DNA of 64,000 nucleotides from an uncultured Clostridia bacterium (GTDB taxonomy: Bacteria > Bacillota > Clostridia > Christensenellales > UBA1242), in the NCBI GenBank assembly GCA_934747775.1, contig CAKVHA010000002.1:6361-70360 (forward strand). The letters are read 5' to 3'. This document shows, in pieces, positions 1 to 10,616 of this stretch. Positions within the stretch are counted from its first letter, which is position 1, and each line of letters begins with the position of its first letter. The position numbers and the translations under genes are program-made. Below the pieces are notes generated by a model, which was not told the DNA's origin, did not search any database, and saw nothing but the letters and a program-made list of their open reading frames with translations.

Positions 1-3000
1 AACAATGTTGTAACAGTTGCCGAACCATTTTTAATTGCCACCGATTTGCCACCAACATTTACGCTTGTAAGCACATAATCGTTGTTGGAATATCCTAAAA
101 CAATATCGGCATCGGCAGTAGTTTTAAACACATTATTACCAGCAACAACTGCCGAGTATTTTACAACATTTTGTGTATAGTCTGTAATATGATTGCCAGT
201 TTTAACTGGGGTGTAATAAATTATTTCGTATTCGCCGTAATTTGCTACACTTCCGCTGTGAGTAACTGTAATTTGTTTTTCTGGAATTGTTGCATCTAAC
301 GACACTTCATCGGCAACTAATGTATTAATAGTTGTTTCATAAATTTTGCTATCATTAATTTGATATGGTGTGTTGGTTAGATCTATTTTAATTAAAGCGC
401 CATATCCTTTTCTTAGTTTTACTAAAATGCTTGTAATGTCAAAATTGTTGTTTAGTGTAATAGTTTTTGATGATGAAACCTTATTTATTTCACCTAGACT
501 ACCATTAATTGTAGCAATTGCAACTTTTTCTAGGGTCGATAAATTAGAAGATAAATCTATAAAGTTATATGTAACTACAATTGAGTAATCTACTTGCGCT
601 TTGTTTTCGCCACCAAGCGAACCATAGCTACTCCCCTTAACTTTATCTTTAAACAACGCGTCCCAAGTTAGGTTTATGGTGTGATTTACATAACTGCCCC
701 AACATTCTAGTTTTACAACACCATCGGACGTAATTAAAACCAAATCATCAAGATAAATCACAGAACCATTTAATAGCCAATTTTTAAACTCATAGTTGTT
801 TGCTGCGTTGTTTTCGGCAATCAAGCGACCTTTAATATTATTGTTGTAATCTAAAACAATTAGCGCATATTTTGTGGTTTCGCCGTCTAAAATAGCCTGA
901 TGTTTTAATGTGTCGCGATAGTTAAAATTAATTGTGCCATCAATATAACTAGAACCATTGTAAATCTGCTCGGTAATGCTGCCCATAGAACTATCATATT
1001 CTAATGTGATATTTATATCTTTTGGTGTCCACTGCGCTTGAAGGATAATTTCAAACGAGTTTAGTGCGGTGGAATTTAATTGACCACTTGTTAATAGTTG
1101 TGTAAGTTTTAACGCGTCTGCGACAATGTCGTTTGTATCCACTGCCACTTCGTTTCCGCTTTCATCTACCAATTTTTCAAACTTTCCACCAATGTAATTA
1201 AGCGTGTAAGTTGTTCCATCAAAAACATAAACATAACCAGCAAAATTGAATCCGTTTTGGGTTGGAATTGAGCCAATATTTAGTGTGTCAGACAACACAA
1301 TATTGTTTACATCGCTTGGCAAATTGTTTACACCGCTTGCGTTTGGCTGGAACTTAACGGAATACAAATCACTCCAACTTCCAAACAAATGCAAGTTTCC
1401 ATTTGCCAAATTGAATGTGTAACTAAGGCTAGTAATCTCTTTTAATTTACTAAAATCAACCGTACCGCTAGCTAGGTCTGTTTCATAATTTCCGCTGTAA
1501 TATAACCAGCCGTCTAGTCTGTAATTTCTGCCATTTTCGCTAAACGCGTTGTTTATGCTTACAAAGTCACTTGCACTAAACGAATAGGTTTCACCAAAGT
1601 TAAACTTAGAGCTTGGGTTTATAGTGCCGCCACTCAATTCACTTGTGCCAAACTCTAACCCGCTAGGTTTATGGAACGCAACTCGCATTTCCACAAACTT
1701 AACTTCTATGCATATGCTTATATCTGTCGCACTATCGCCGCCAATATATGTAACAAGCTGGTTGTTTGCCGCGTCAAAACTTGCAAATCTACAAGTTTTT
1801 GTAGGATAAACCATATTAGACGAGTTGTTTATGTATATTTTGTCTATATAGAAATATTTTGAATTTGGCAATATTTTAATCACTAATTCGTTTCTAAATG
1901 CGCCAGAACTTACAACTTCAGCCACAAACGGAACAGTATTGTTGGCGTTTGATAATCCATAATAAGCAAATGTTTCGCCGCTAGATTTTAAGTTTGCGTA
2001 CAATGTATCTTGCTCATCGCTACTTTGTGAACTTTCAACCAATTGGATACTAACATTGTAGTTTGATTTTTTAATAACCACATTAATATCAACATCAAAT
2101 ATTGCGTTGTTTATAATTATTGAACCTGTGCTTTCTGTAATGTTTAGGCCGTTTGCTAAAGCAAATTCTTTAAGTGTAGAATAATTAGAACTTACGTTGC
2201 CATTATAAGTGATTATGTAATTTACAAATTCAAATCCGCTAAATACAGAGTAAGTAAGCGTAATTTCGTTTGCTGTTTTTGTAGTAACTCTTAAAATATC
2301 GTTTAAGTTTGAGTAATAATATGTTGTTTTTGGCTCGGAATTTATGTAGAACTCTACAACCTTGTAATCTTCCACATTTTTAGAATCTTTGCCATTAAAA
2401 TCACTAATTGTTGCTTTAACACACATATCGCCAGCTTCAACTACCCCTGCAATTTCAGTGTCCGAAGCAACAACAAACGATGTAATGGTTGTTGTTCCAC
2501 TCACCCAGCCACTAAACACATATGAGCCAATTGGAGTAAGTGTAACATTAACTTCTGTTATGCCGCTCATATCAATGTCGCCATTTTCATCTAGGGTAAT
2601 TCTTCCAGATTGTAGCGTTATTGTGTTTTCGCTAACAGCAACGTTGCTGTTGTATGGAACACTAAACACTTTTGATGTTTCGCCATTTACAAGCGCTTTT
2701 CCTGCTTCGGCTTTTATGGTAATGTTAAGCGAATTGTAATAATACACTGGAGTTAAAACCAAAGTGTAAGTGTCAGATTCGACTTGTGTTGTATCTAAAA
2801 TTAACACATCGGAATTTACTGATTTTGCACTTGTAATAAAGGTTGCAAAATTTGTGTTGTCGCTACTAAATCCGCCACCCACTTTGTATCCGCCAAAAGT
2901 CATATTTTCTTTTTCAGTTGACGCAGGATAAGGAAGTGAAATTTGATTTTCAATCACTGCCGCTGGGCTAATAATTGAAACTGTTCCGCTACTATCTGCC

Positions 3001-6000
3001 ACCCCTATTTGAACTTTGCGGTTTGCTAATTCAATTGTAAATAATGGTGCTAAGCCAACCGAAATGTCACTAATCATATATGTGTTGGATGTTGTGTTGT
3101 TGGAACTACCAGTAACAACAATAGACTTAACAAAATATTTTACGCTATTTAGTTCTGCCACAATTTTTACTCGCGTGCCATTAGGAACAGTGTTTGAAAG
3201 TGCTGTAACACTTTGTAGTGAATTTAGCGAAACTTCTTGCAACAATCTCCAAGAATAATTGTCGTTGTAATACACCTTAACTGTGCCGTCAATGTTTGCT
3301 ATATCAAGATTGCTAACACCGCTAGTGTTCAAAACAAATTTTAATTTAACATTAGCATTAGGTGCAACAACAAGATATAAGTTTAAATTGCTAGTAGCTC
3401 TAAAACTAACTGTAATTTCATTTCCAGATGCTGTAATTGTTGCTTTAAAACTTGAAACCGCCAAGTTTTCATCTAGCAATGTCCCAGTAAATTCGTAACC
3501 GTCTTTAACATTAATTTTAACCGACACAACTTGACCAGCTTTTGAAACTAGTGAATAAGTAAATGTTTCGGTTTCGCCGCTTACAAAACCTGCACGGCTT
3601 GTGTTGTAAATAATGCGGTTGTTTTCGTCCGCCAAGCCAAGAGTTATGTTTACATCGTTTGCTGTTGGCGTGTTGGCAGTGATAACTGTGTTGGCTTTAA
3701 ATGTGAAGCTTGCACCAACTTTTATTAAGCCTGGATAGTAGAACCAGCCGTCGTTTAGCGTATACGCTTCGTATCCTTCGGTTAACTTTCTACCTATTGT
3801 AACAATGCTTCTTACTGCGTTGTAGTTTTCAACAACAACATCACCTTTTGCGTCTAACAAATACGCTTCGAATATAATGTTTGTGTTGTTGGAACTTGCA
3901 GCGGCATCGTTTAGAACTGCAAACACAAAGTTGTTGTCGGAATTTGTTGTGTAATATGTTCTGCCATCACTAGCAGAAATAGTGTATGTAATTGCATCAT
4001 ACACATTTGCCAAAACAAAGTTTATGGTGTGATATTTAAATATTGGAACAAGACCATATGTTTTGTTTTCTGGGTCTAAGCCAATTGAAATAAGGTCGTT
4101 TACGGTTAGCGTATCGCCAAAACTGTACACTTTTCGGGTTGCTCCGTTCATCACAAATTTTGATGTACCATAATTATTTATATACCAGCCAGTAATCGTA
4201 AAATTGTTGCGGTTGTAGGTTACATCGGTTTCATCTGGAAGTGTGATTTGCGATTTTGGAGTAAGTTTGTTTTGATTCCAGCCACTTACTCGCCTATCGG
4301 AATCGTCCAACTGAATTGCATAAAAAGGCATTGCTTTTGCTAGCAGCACAACTGGTTTTGTGATTGGCTCGTTGTTGTATAGCGCGCCATTTATGTACCA
4401 CTCGTCTAGATAGTAGTCATCGTTTAGTACCACTCCAACAGTAGGTGCAACATCGCCCATTGAAATGTACTGCTCTGCTTTAATATCACTAACCACATCT
4501 ACCGCATAACTTACTTTAACCTGTATTACTGGATATGCGTAAACTGCGCTTCCTTCGCCCACAAGGTCATCGTTAAGTTCTGCTTGCATTTTAAGATTAG
4601 TTGCATTAAAGTTGTAAACATAACTAGGGTTTGAAGTAACAACCCAACCTTTTGTTTTGTAGTCGCCACCTAAAATGTATCCGTTTAGGTCTACAGTGTC
4701 GCCTTTAATTAGGTTACTAATTTCTGTTTTTGTGCTTTCATCAAACGTAAACACATTTTCGTTGTAATTTATGTTTTTGTAAATATTTAAGGTTAATAAT
4801 TTTTCTACAACACCTTCAAATGTTATTGATTTATCAACCAAAACACTACTATTCCAAGCAGCATAGTTGTTGCCGTTTTGTCCACTTGTTAGGTTGGAAT
4901 AATACAATCCATCTGCCACCCAACCAATAAGTTTTGTGCCAGATAAGGTGCTGTTGTATGTATTAACTGCAGTCACTAAATCTGTGTTGTTAAAACTAAA
5001 TACACTTCCGTTTAGGTAGGCATCGGTAGAGAAAACAACTTGCGAGCCACACATAAATTTAAGCTCAAACACCGCTTTGTACACTGGTGTGAATGTGTGG
5101 TTTTTAGTAAAGTTAATAACAACCGAATTTGTATAAGATTTTCCGTTTTCATCAACCCAATTACCTGTAAACTTGTATGTTACGCCTTCCACTAAGTACT
5201 CACTAGCGGTTGACGGGAATGTGAATGTGTAATCGGTTTCGTCGTACTCGTACTGAGTAAGAGTGTCAACAAATGTTGTTGGCGAACCAATTTTTCCGTA
5301 CAAGGTGGAAGTTTGACCAATTGCATCGTAGGTTGTAAACTGTGCCGAGAAATATGAAATATCCCAAACGGCGTAGATTTTAATGTTGTAGTCGGTTTCG
5401 GAATCCATAGTTATTGTGTCGACATCTAAGTAAACCATATTCCCTGTGCGCGAGTTAATCGTAAAACTTACAACAGGAATAACCGTAGCCGAATTTAAAC
5501 TCCAGCAATTAAACACGCTTGCTTTTCGTGCTGGCATTGCTGTTTCTATAAATGTTTTTAAATTATATTGTTCGCCAGCAATTATTTTTTCGCCAAAGGT
5601 TGCGCTATCGCCCAACCCATTAAAATATGTAATTGTATAATATCGTACCCAAACAGCGTAAATGCTAATTTCTTCTTCCGACGATGCTGTATAGTTAGAA
5701 CCCGCCATAAACTTTGCGTCGTCGCTGTTAATTACATCTGTCCAGCCGCTTAAAATAAAGCCTTCGTTTGTAATATCGTTTGGCAACATAACAACATCGC
5801 CAAAGTTTACATCAATTTTTCTGTATTCAACCGAGCCGTCGTTGTTAAAGTATTTTATAGTTACTGGTTTTGCTTGCCATACTGGATACAATTTTGTAAA
5901 CTGACCCGAATATGTAATGCGCTCGCCATTTGTAAAGTCAATATTTGCAGAAGCTAATGTTTTTGACCAACCCATAAATGTGTAGCCATATTTTGTAGGA

Positions 6001-9000
6001 ATAATATCCGCTGCTGTGCCAGTCATACTGCTTGCACCAACAACATATTCCACGCCGTCGGCTATGCCAACCTCGGTTATACTGGCTGTTGTATCACGAT
6101 CTAAGTAATACTCTATTGTGGAATACTTTCTTAAATCCATATATACTTTAAAACTGTACCCCTCGGCTAAAGCAAGCATCTCGGCGTTTGTTGCAAAGTC
6201 AAACACACTGCCCATTGCAAGTAGCTTGCTTGCATCTTTGTTTTCAAATGCAGTTTGTCCTAAATACAAAGCCACACAATCATATCCGGCAATTGTGTAA
6301 TCGCGGTTTATGAATGTTGCAAGTTCTTCGTGAGTGCGAAGTGTAAGCGGTGTATCGTAGTCTATTCGTATTTGCTGATCGGCAACATAAAATCTGTTGT
6401 ACGCTCCTGAAAAACGATAATAATATTCTATTGTATAAGTTTCGGCTTCAAAAACTGGTTTTAGCGTAGTGTGTTTTGTCATTTCAATAAATGTTGATGT
6501 TAAATATGCATCATACTCGTTGCCGTCTTCGTCCGCCCATCTTCCTGTAAACACACCCAAGCCACTGTCGCGCTTTACTTGACCACTGGTTAGTTTTGAA
6601 ATGCCTTCAATATCTTTAAAGTAAATTTTTTCGCCTTTTTCCACAATTAGTGGTTGTGGAATAATTCCGCCTGTTATTGTAACACCTGTTAGGTCAAACG
6701 ACAACTGAACCGCATCCCGCCAAATTCCTTCTAGGTTTAGAATGTAGTACTTTTGAGCGTCCACATATCTTTCGTCCACAAAGCCATAAATGTTTACGAT
6801 GTTAAGATTTACATAGCTATTTTCTGTGTACATCGACTGACCGTTGTCGTATGTCCAGCCAACCAACAATTTATCATTTTTTAAAGGTTTTACTTTAAAT
6901 CCGCTCGTATCAATTAGGTAGTAGTATCCCACTTTTACAACTACTCTATATTCTTCAATCTTGCCTGGATTTGTAGAATTTTCACTATAATACTTGTAAA
7001 CAATTTCAAGGTCTGCAGCACGATAGTTTGGTGTAATTTCTAGCGGAGATGATACAATTATGGAATCAATATTTTCCATAGTTTCTACTGTGCCATTTCC
7101 TGAAACACGCCAGTCATAAAAGTTGTAACCCATAAAGGTGTTTAGCCCATAATTTGCATTTATATCGTACACAACATCTGCTAAAGTGTCGCCGTATTTT
7201 ACATCGTAAATTTTAGTAACTTCGTCTAGATATGTTGTAGGGTTTGTTAACACAAACTTAACCGAGAATGTTCTAATTTTTGCTGTAAGTGAAACTACTA
7301 AATTTGATTTAACAGTAAGGTTGCTATTAGGAATATCTAAGTAATAATCTTCCCTAATTGTTCCATCTTGATTACGGTCGCCCCTAACAAGCCAAGCGTT
7401 GTATTCATATCCGTTTTTAAAACCCGGAACAGCAACTGTAGCAAGCAAATCTCTTACACTTTGCCCGTATTTTAGGTCATTAATAGTGGTTGATGTGTGT
7501 TCAACAACGCCTTCTTCATCAAACTTAAATGTTACACTATACTTTAACTCGTTAAATTTAGGATACACATTTGTGTAAAAATCGGAAACATCGCTTGGAT
7601 ATTTTTTAAACAACCCATTAACATCATCTTTAACCGAAATAACATATCCAAGTGCTGATTTTACAAGTTCTTTTTCGCCAGAACCTGCTTTAATTGTCCA
7701 ACCAGCTAGTCCATACCCTGGGGTTAAACTTGTGTTTAACACAATTGTACCAGCGCTGCCATCGGCGTATTCAAATGTTACTATTTCACCAGACAACAAT
7801 ATTTCGTCGGTAATTTTTCTGCCATTTATTTCAAATTTTTCTTTAGAAACAAGCACTGTACCAGCACTATAGTTGGCGGAACTTGTTTGTCTTAATTGGT
7901 TTATGTTGATAGTAAAGATTACTGGACGCCATACAGCATACAATGTTTTGTCGGTTTCAAATACTGGATATCTGCCACCAGCTTCGTAGATTGTATTTTC
8001 TGCCACAAACTGGTGATAGTAACCAGAATATGTTTCGCGATTAACATCGCTCCAACCCACAAATTCATAGAATGGACGTTTTGCTACACTTGCGGGCAAT
8101 TGCGGCATTGTAATATTTATTCCGCTTACACCCAGCATTGTAAGTTCGCTTGCACTATGTCCACCTACCCACTCAACATCGGCAGCACCACCATCAAAAG
8201 TAATGGTTACGTTTTCACGCCATATAGCTTCAAAAACTAGCAATTGTGCTGGCAATTTTAAGTACAAATACGACCTATCATTTTGTTCGTCGTACTGAGT
8301 GCAATATGTTTCGGTGTCAAGTTCTACATTTCCAGCTAAGTACACCCTTGTTGCTACAAGGCGTGCCTTTTCTTTATAACTAACAAGTGAATACACAAAG
8401 TCAGAGCGGTTTGCATTAAATTCTATTTTAATCGAACTTGAACCAGCAATTGTTGTACCGTTTTTGGTTTTCCAGCCCCACATAACGTGGTCTTTGCCGT
8501 TTTCGGTTTTTGTAATATAATATTTTTCGGCTTTTGTGTTCATTGTTATAATTGTGCTGGCGCCCAATGTTTGGTCATACTTATACACAATTGGTTTATC
8601 TTCTGCATCAAACAAACTAGACTTTATTTTACTATTTTCATCAAATGAAGCGTTGGTAACATCGCCCAAGTCATAGGTGTAATAGTTTTCGTTTGCAAGC
8701 CAAACCGTATACAAATTTGCACCCTGTGCGTTTAGAAAAATTCCTTCTTCATCTGCCACATTTCCTATGTTGTATGTGTATTCTGGAATGTACAATTTTG
8801 ATGTGCTTATAAACACCGTGCTAGAATTTGTCCAACCAGCGAATGAGCGATTTAGCGGAAGCGAATATGCACGAGTGATGTTGTTAATTCTAATTTGGTC
8901 GGCAGTAAATAATACCCTGTTTGCATCTCCCACTCCAGCAATCAAGTCATAAAAACTTGGCAGCGTCATAGTATTTTTTTCTATGTTAACCGTAGCCAAC

Positions 9001-10535
9001 AAAACTTGCGTGTTTGTGTCTGGGCGGAAATAATAGTTTAGCCTTCTATAACTTCGCCACTGTGCGTAAAGCGTAATCTCGCCGTTTCTAATTTGGAAAT
9101 TTGATTTATCAAAAAAGTCGTTTTCGTTGTAATTTAGCGTATAGCCTGTGCCGTCGCGGAATGTATTCCACGAAATTAAGGTGTACATTGGAAGCCCTGT
9201 CATATCGGACTCATTATACACAACATCTTTAAAGTAGTTTTGATGATACACTATACCTTTTATATTTTCGTCGCCAAACAACATATCTCCTTGGCTAGCT
9301 TTAGAATATCTAATATTTTCGCCATTATCAGTTTTTAAAATCTCTGGAACATTGTTGTTTAGAATATCCGCCATTCCAAGTGTGTTTACATAGTTTCTGC
9401 CGCTTGGAAGATTTAGGTTGAACTTAACCTTATATTCTATTAGAGTCCACTTAGCAAAAAGTGTTATGTATGAGTTGTTTTCATCGGTTGACGAATAACT
9501 TTGAATTTCTGCTCTCTCCTCATCGGTTAGTTCTATCGACCCTAGATACATAGGGTCGTACAAAATATTCTCGTTTCTATCACGGCTCATTGTGAAAAAG
9601 CCATTTTTTACAAACAACTGACTAGGTTTTAATGGAACTTTAAAGTTTTTATCTAAGTACCAGCCCATAAATTGAAAGTTACGAAATTCATCGGACGGCG
9701 ACGGAATAGTGTAAACACTGCTATTAAACTCTGAAAGCAATGTCATATATGTTTTGTAATTATTGCCGTCGTATGTAAGTCCGCCATTTTCTGTGTTAAT
9801 GCGACCCTTTATTTGCGAAATGCGCGATCCAGTGAAGTCAAGGTTTTGCGACTCGTATCTAAGCTCTACTTGTATTGGTCGCCACACCGAATAAAGCGTA
9901 ATGTTTTGAGCCTTCATTTGATAGTGGTCGGTTGCGGTGGTGGCTGCCGTACTAGACTCGCCCCAACCTTGGAATGTGTAGCCATATTTGTTTTGCAACC
10001 TATAGTCGCTAATTGTAACAATTGTGCCGTCACTAAGCTCCACTTCATCACGCAAGCGTGGCAACTTTATTGTATCTTCAATTGTGTAAGGTGTGGTGTA
10101 ATCTATATTTAGGGTGTTGTTTTTTAAAACCTTTTTGTTTCCATCCAACACAAGTTCCACCGTATACTCCACTAGGTCAAACTTTCCATAAACCTGCATA
10201 TGCGAGTTTAATTGTTCGTTGTAGTCAAATGGCTCGGCGTAATCAATATCTTTATACCAGCCTTTAAAAACATAACCTTCAATATAAGGTGATGGAAGCG
10301 AAGACAGGTTTCTGCCCTTTTTAACATCTATCGTTTCGTACATACTAACATTCTTTATATCGCCAGATTTATAGCGACTAACTGTGGTTAGCACCACTCG
10401 CACGCGCGTATAAAAATTAATATATAGTAAAATTGCGACCAAGCAAAAAACAACCGCTATACTTATTAGCAGTACATTAAGTAGTAGCTTGTTTCGCTTA
10501 CTCATTTTTACATTTTCATTTTTTCCAGATTTCAT
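1..10535 (-). CDS. Giant cell-surface protein with >20 Listeria-Bacteroides (InlB B-repeat / Flg_new-type) modules and an N-terminal membrane anchor; partial, C-terminus lies beyond the window start
   Basis: The minus-strand frame opens at ATG 10535 (GGGTG 6 nt upstream; alternative ATG 10505). Translated by hand it stays open to base 1, so the stop is off-window and the ORF track omits it. The track shows only short plus-strand shadow ORFs across 370-10267. N-terminus is MKSGKNENVKMSKRNK followed by the hydrophobic helix LLLNVLLISIAVVFCLVAILLY. It is followed by repeated ~70-80 aa modules with an aromatic-x-G-W ... LYAxW signature: GYVFKGWYKD, YTFQGWGES..ITLYSVWRP, FQFMGWYLD..ITLFAKWTL, YTFMGWSKT..KLYPVWQA, FILSGWTDV..ISIYAVWVR, ITGWYINN. 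Confidence 0.75.
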   Translation of the reverse strand, partial: MKSGKNENVKMSKRNKLLLNVLLISIAVVFCLVAILLYINFYTRVRVVLTTVSRYKSGDIKNVSMYETIDVKKGRNLSSLPSPYIEGYVFKGWYKDIDYAEPFDYNEQLNSHMQVYGKFDLVEYTVELVLDGNKKVLKNNTLNIDYTTPYTIEDTIKLPRLRDEVELSDGTIVTISDYRLQNKYGYTFQGWGESSTAATTATDHYQMKAQNITLYSVWRPIQVELRYESQNLDFTGSRISQIKGRINTENGGLTYDGNNYKTYMTLLSEFNSSVYTIPSPSDEFRNFQFMGWYLDKNFKVPLKPSQLFVKNGFFTMSRDRNENILYDPMYLGSIELTDEERAEIQSYSSTDENNSYITLFAKWTLIEYKVKFNLNLPSGRNYVNTLGMADILNNNVPEILKTDNGENIRYSKASQGDMLFGDENIKGIVYHQNYFKDVVYNESDMTGLPMYTLISWNTFRDGTGYTLNYNENDFFDKSNFQIRNGEITLYAQWRSYRRLNYYFRPDTNTQVLLATVNIEKNTMTLPSFYDLIAGVGDANRVLFTADQIRINNITRAYSLPLNRSFAGWTNSSTVFISTSKLYIPEYTYNIGNVADEEGIFLNAQGANLYTVWLANENYYTYDLGDVTNASFDENSKIKSSLFDAEDKPIVYKYDQTLGASTIITMNTKAEKYYITKTENGKDHVMWGWKTKNGTTIAGSSSIKIEFNANRSDFVYSLVSYKEKARLVATRVYLAGNVELDTETYCTQYDEQNDRSYLYLKLPAQLLVFEAIWRENVTITFDGGAADVEWVGGHSASELTMLGVSGINITMPQLPASVAKRPFYEFVGWSDVNRETYSGYYHQFVAENTIYEAGGRYPVFETDKTLYAVWRPVIFTININQLRQTSSANYSAGTVLVSKEKFEINGRKITDEILLSGEIVTFEYADGSAGTIVLNTSLTPGYGLAGWTIKAGSGEKELVKSALGYVISVKDDVNGLFKKYPSDVSDFYTNVYPKFNELKYSVTFKFDEEGVVEHTSTTINDLKYGQSVRDLLATVAVPGFKNGYEYNAWLVRGDRNQDGTIREDYYLDIPNSNLTVKSNLVVSLTAKIRTFSVKFVLTNPTTYLDEVTKIYDVKYGDTLADVVYDINANYGLNTFMGYNFYDWRVSGNGTVETMENIDSIIVSSPLEITPNYRAADLEIVYKYYSENSTNPGKIEEYRVVVKVGYYYLIDTSGFKVKPLKNDKLLVGWTYDNGQSMYTENSYVNLNIVNIYGFVDERYVDAQKYYILNLEGIWRDAVQLSFDLTGVTITGGIIPQPLIVEKGEKIYFKDIEGISKLTSGQVKRDSGLGVFTGRWADEDGNEYDAYLTSTFIEMTKHTTLKPVFEAETYTIEYYYRFSGAYNRFYVADQQIRIDYDTPLTLRTHEELATFINRDYTIAGYDCVALYLGQTAFENKDASKLLAMGSVFDFATNAEMLALAEGYSFKVYMDLRKYSTIEYYLDRDTTASITEVGIADGVEYVVGASSMTGTAADIIPTKYGYTFMGWSKTLASANIDFTNGERITYSGQFTKLYPVWQAKPVTIKYFNNDGSVEYRKIDVNFGDVVMLPNDITNEGFILSGWTDVINSDDAKFMAGSNYTASSEEEISIYAVWVRYYTITYFNGLGDSATFGEKIIAGEQYNLKTFIETAMPARKASVFNCWSLNSATVIPVVSFTINSRTGNMVYLDVDTITMDSETDYNIKIYAVWDISYFSAQFTTYDAIGQTSTLYGKIGSPTTFVDTLTQYEYDETDYTFTFPSTASEYLVEGVTYKFTGNWVDENGKSYTNSVVINFTKNHTFTPVYKAVFELKFMCGSQVVFSTDAYLNGSVFSFNNTDLVTAVNTYNSTLSGTKLIGWVADGLYYSNLTSGQNGNNYAAWNSSVLVDKSITFEGVVEKLLTLNIYKNINYNENVFTFDESTKTEISNLIKGDTVDLNGYILGGDYKTKGWVVTSNPSYVYNFNATNLKMQAELNDDLVGEGSAVYAYPVIQVKVSYAVDVVSDIKAEQYISMGDVAPTVGVVLNDDYYLDEWYINGALYNNEPITKPVVLLAKAMPFYAIQLDDSDRRVSGWNQNKLTPKSQITLPDETDVTYNRNNFTITGWYINNYGTSKFVMNGATRKVYSFGDTLTVNDLISIGLDPENKTYGLVPIFKYHTINFVLANVYDAITYTISASDGRTYYTTNSDNNFVFAVLNDAAASSNNTNIIFEAYLLDAKGDVVVENYNAVRSIVTIGRKLTEGYEAYTLNDGWFYYPGLIKVGASFTFKANTVITANTPTANDVNITLGLADENNRIIYNTSRAGFVSGETETFTYSLVSKAGQVVSVKINVKDGYEFTGTLLDENLAVSSFKATITASGNEITVSFRATSNLNLYLVVAPNANVKLKFVLNTSGVSNLDIANIDGTVKVYYNDNYSWRLLQEVSLNSLQSVTALSNTVPNGTRVKIVAELNSVKYFVKSIVVTGSSNNTTSNTYMISDISVGLAPLFTIELANRKVQIGVADSSGTVSIISPAAVIENQISLPYPASTEKENMTFGGYKVGGGFSSDNTNFATFITSAKSVNSDVLILDTTQVESDTYTLVLTPVYYYNSLNITIKAEAGKALVNGETSKVFSVPYNSNVAVSENTITLQSGRITLDENGDIDMSGITEVNVTLTPIGSYVFSGWVSGTTTITSFVVASDTEIAGVVEAGDMCVKATISDFNGKDSKNVEDYKVVEFYINSEPKTTYYYSNLNDILRVTTKTANEITLTYSVFSGFEFVNYIITYNGNVSSNYSTLKEFALANGLNITESTGSIIINNAIFDVDINVVIKKSNYNVSIQLVESSQSSDEQDTLYANLKSSGETFAYYGLSNANNTVPFVAEVVSSGAFRNELVIKILPNSKYFYIDKIYINNSSNMVYPTKTCRFASFDAANNQLVTYIGGDSATDISICIEVKFVEMRVAFHKPSGLEFGTSELSGGTINPSSKFNFGETYSFSASDFVSINNAFSENGRNYRLDGWLYYSGNYETDLASGTVDFSKLKEITSLSYTFNLANGNLHLFGSWSDLYSVKFQPNASGVNNLPSDVNNIVLSDTLNIGSIPTQNGFNFAGYVYVFDGTTYTLNYIGGKFEKLVDESGNEVAVDTNDIVADALKLTQLLTSGQLNSTALNSFEIILQAQWTPKDINITLEYDSSMGSITEQIYNGSSYIDGTINFNYRDTLKHQAILDGETTKYALIVLDYNNNIKGRLIAENNAANNYEFKNWLLNGSVIYLDDLVLITSDGVVKLECWGSYVNHTINLTWDALFKDKVKGSSYGSLGGENKAQVDYSIVVTYNFIDLSSNLSTLEKVAIATINGSLGEINKVSSSKTITLNNNFDITSILVKLRKGYGALIKIDLTNTPYQINDSKIYETTINTLVADEVSLDATIPEKQITVTHSGSVANYGEYEIIYYTPVKTGNHITDYTQNVVKYSAVVAGNNVFKTTADADIVLGYSNNDYVLTSVNVGGKSVAIKNGSATVTTL

Positions 10536-10616
10536 TCATCGCACCCTTTTTATATATATTATTATAATATATATAAACAAAAGCCACAATCAATTTTTAC
10601 CACATAATTAATTTTT

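Noticed and set aside
370-10267. About 15 short plus-strand ORFs (60-116 aa) listed in the track across the first 10 kb
   Set aside because: All lie antisense to the single long minus-strand reading frame of the giant repeat protein. They lack RBSs and have low-complexity, hydrophobic 'shadow' composition.
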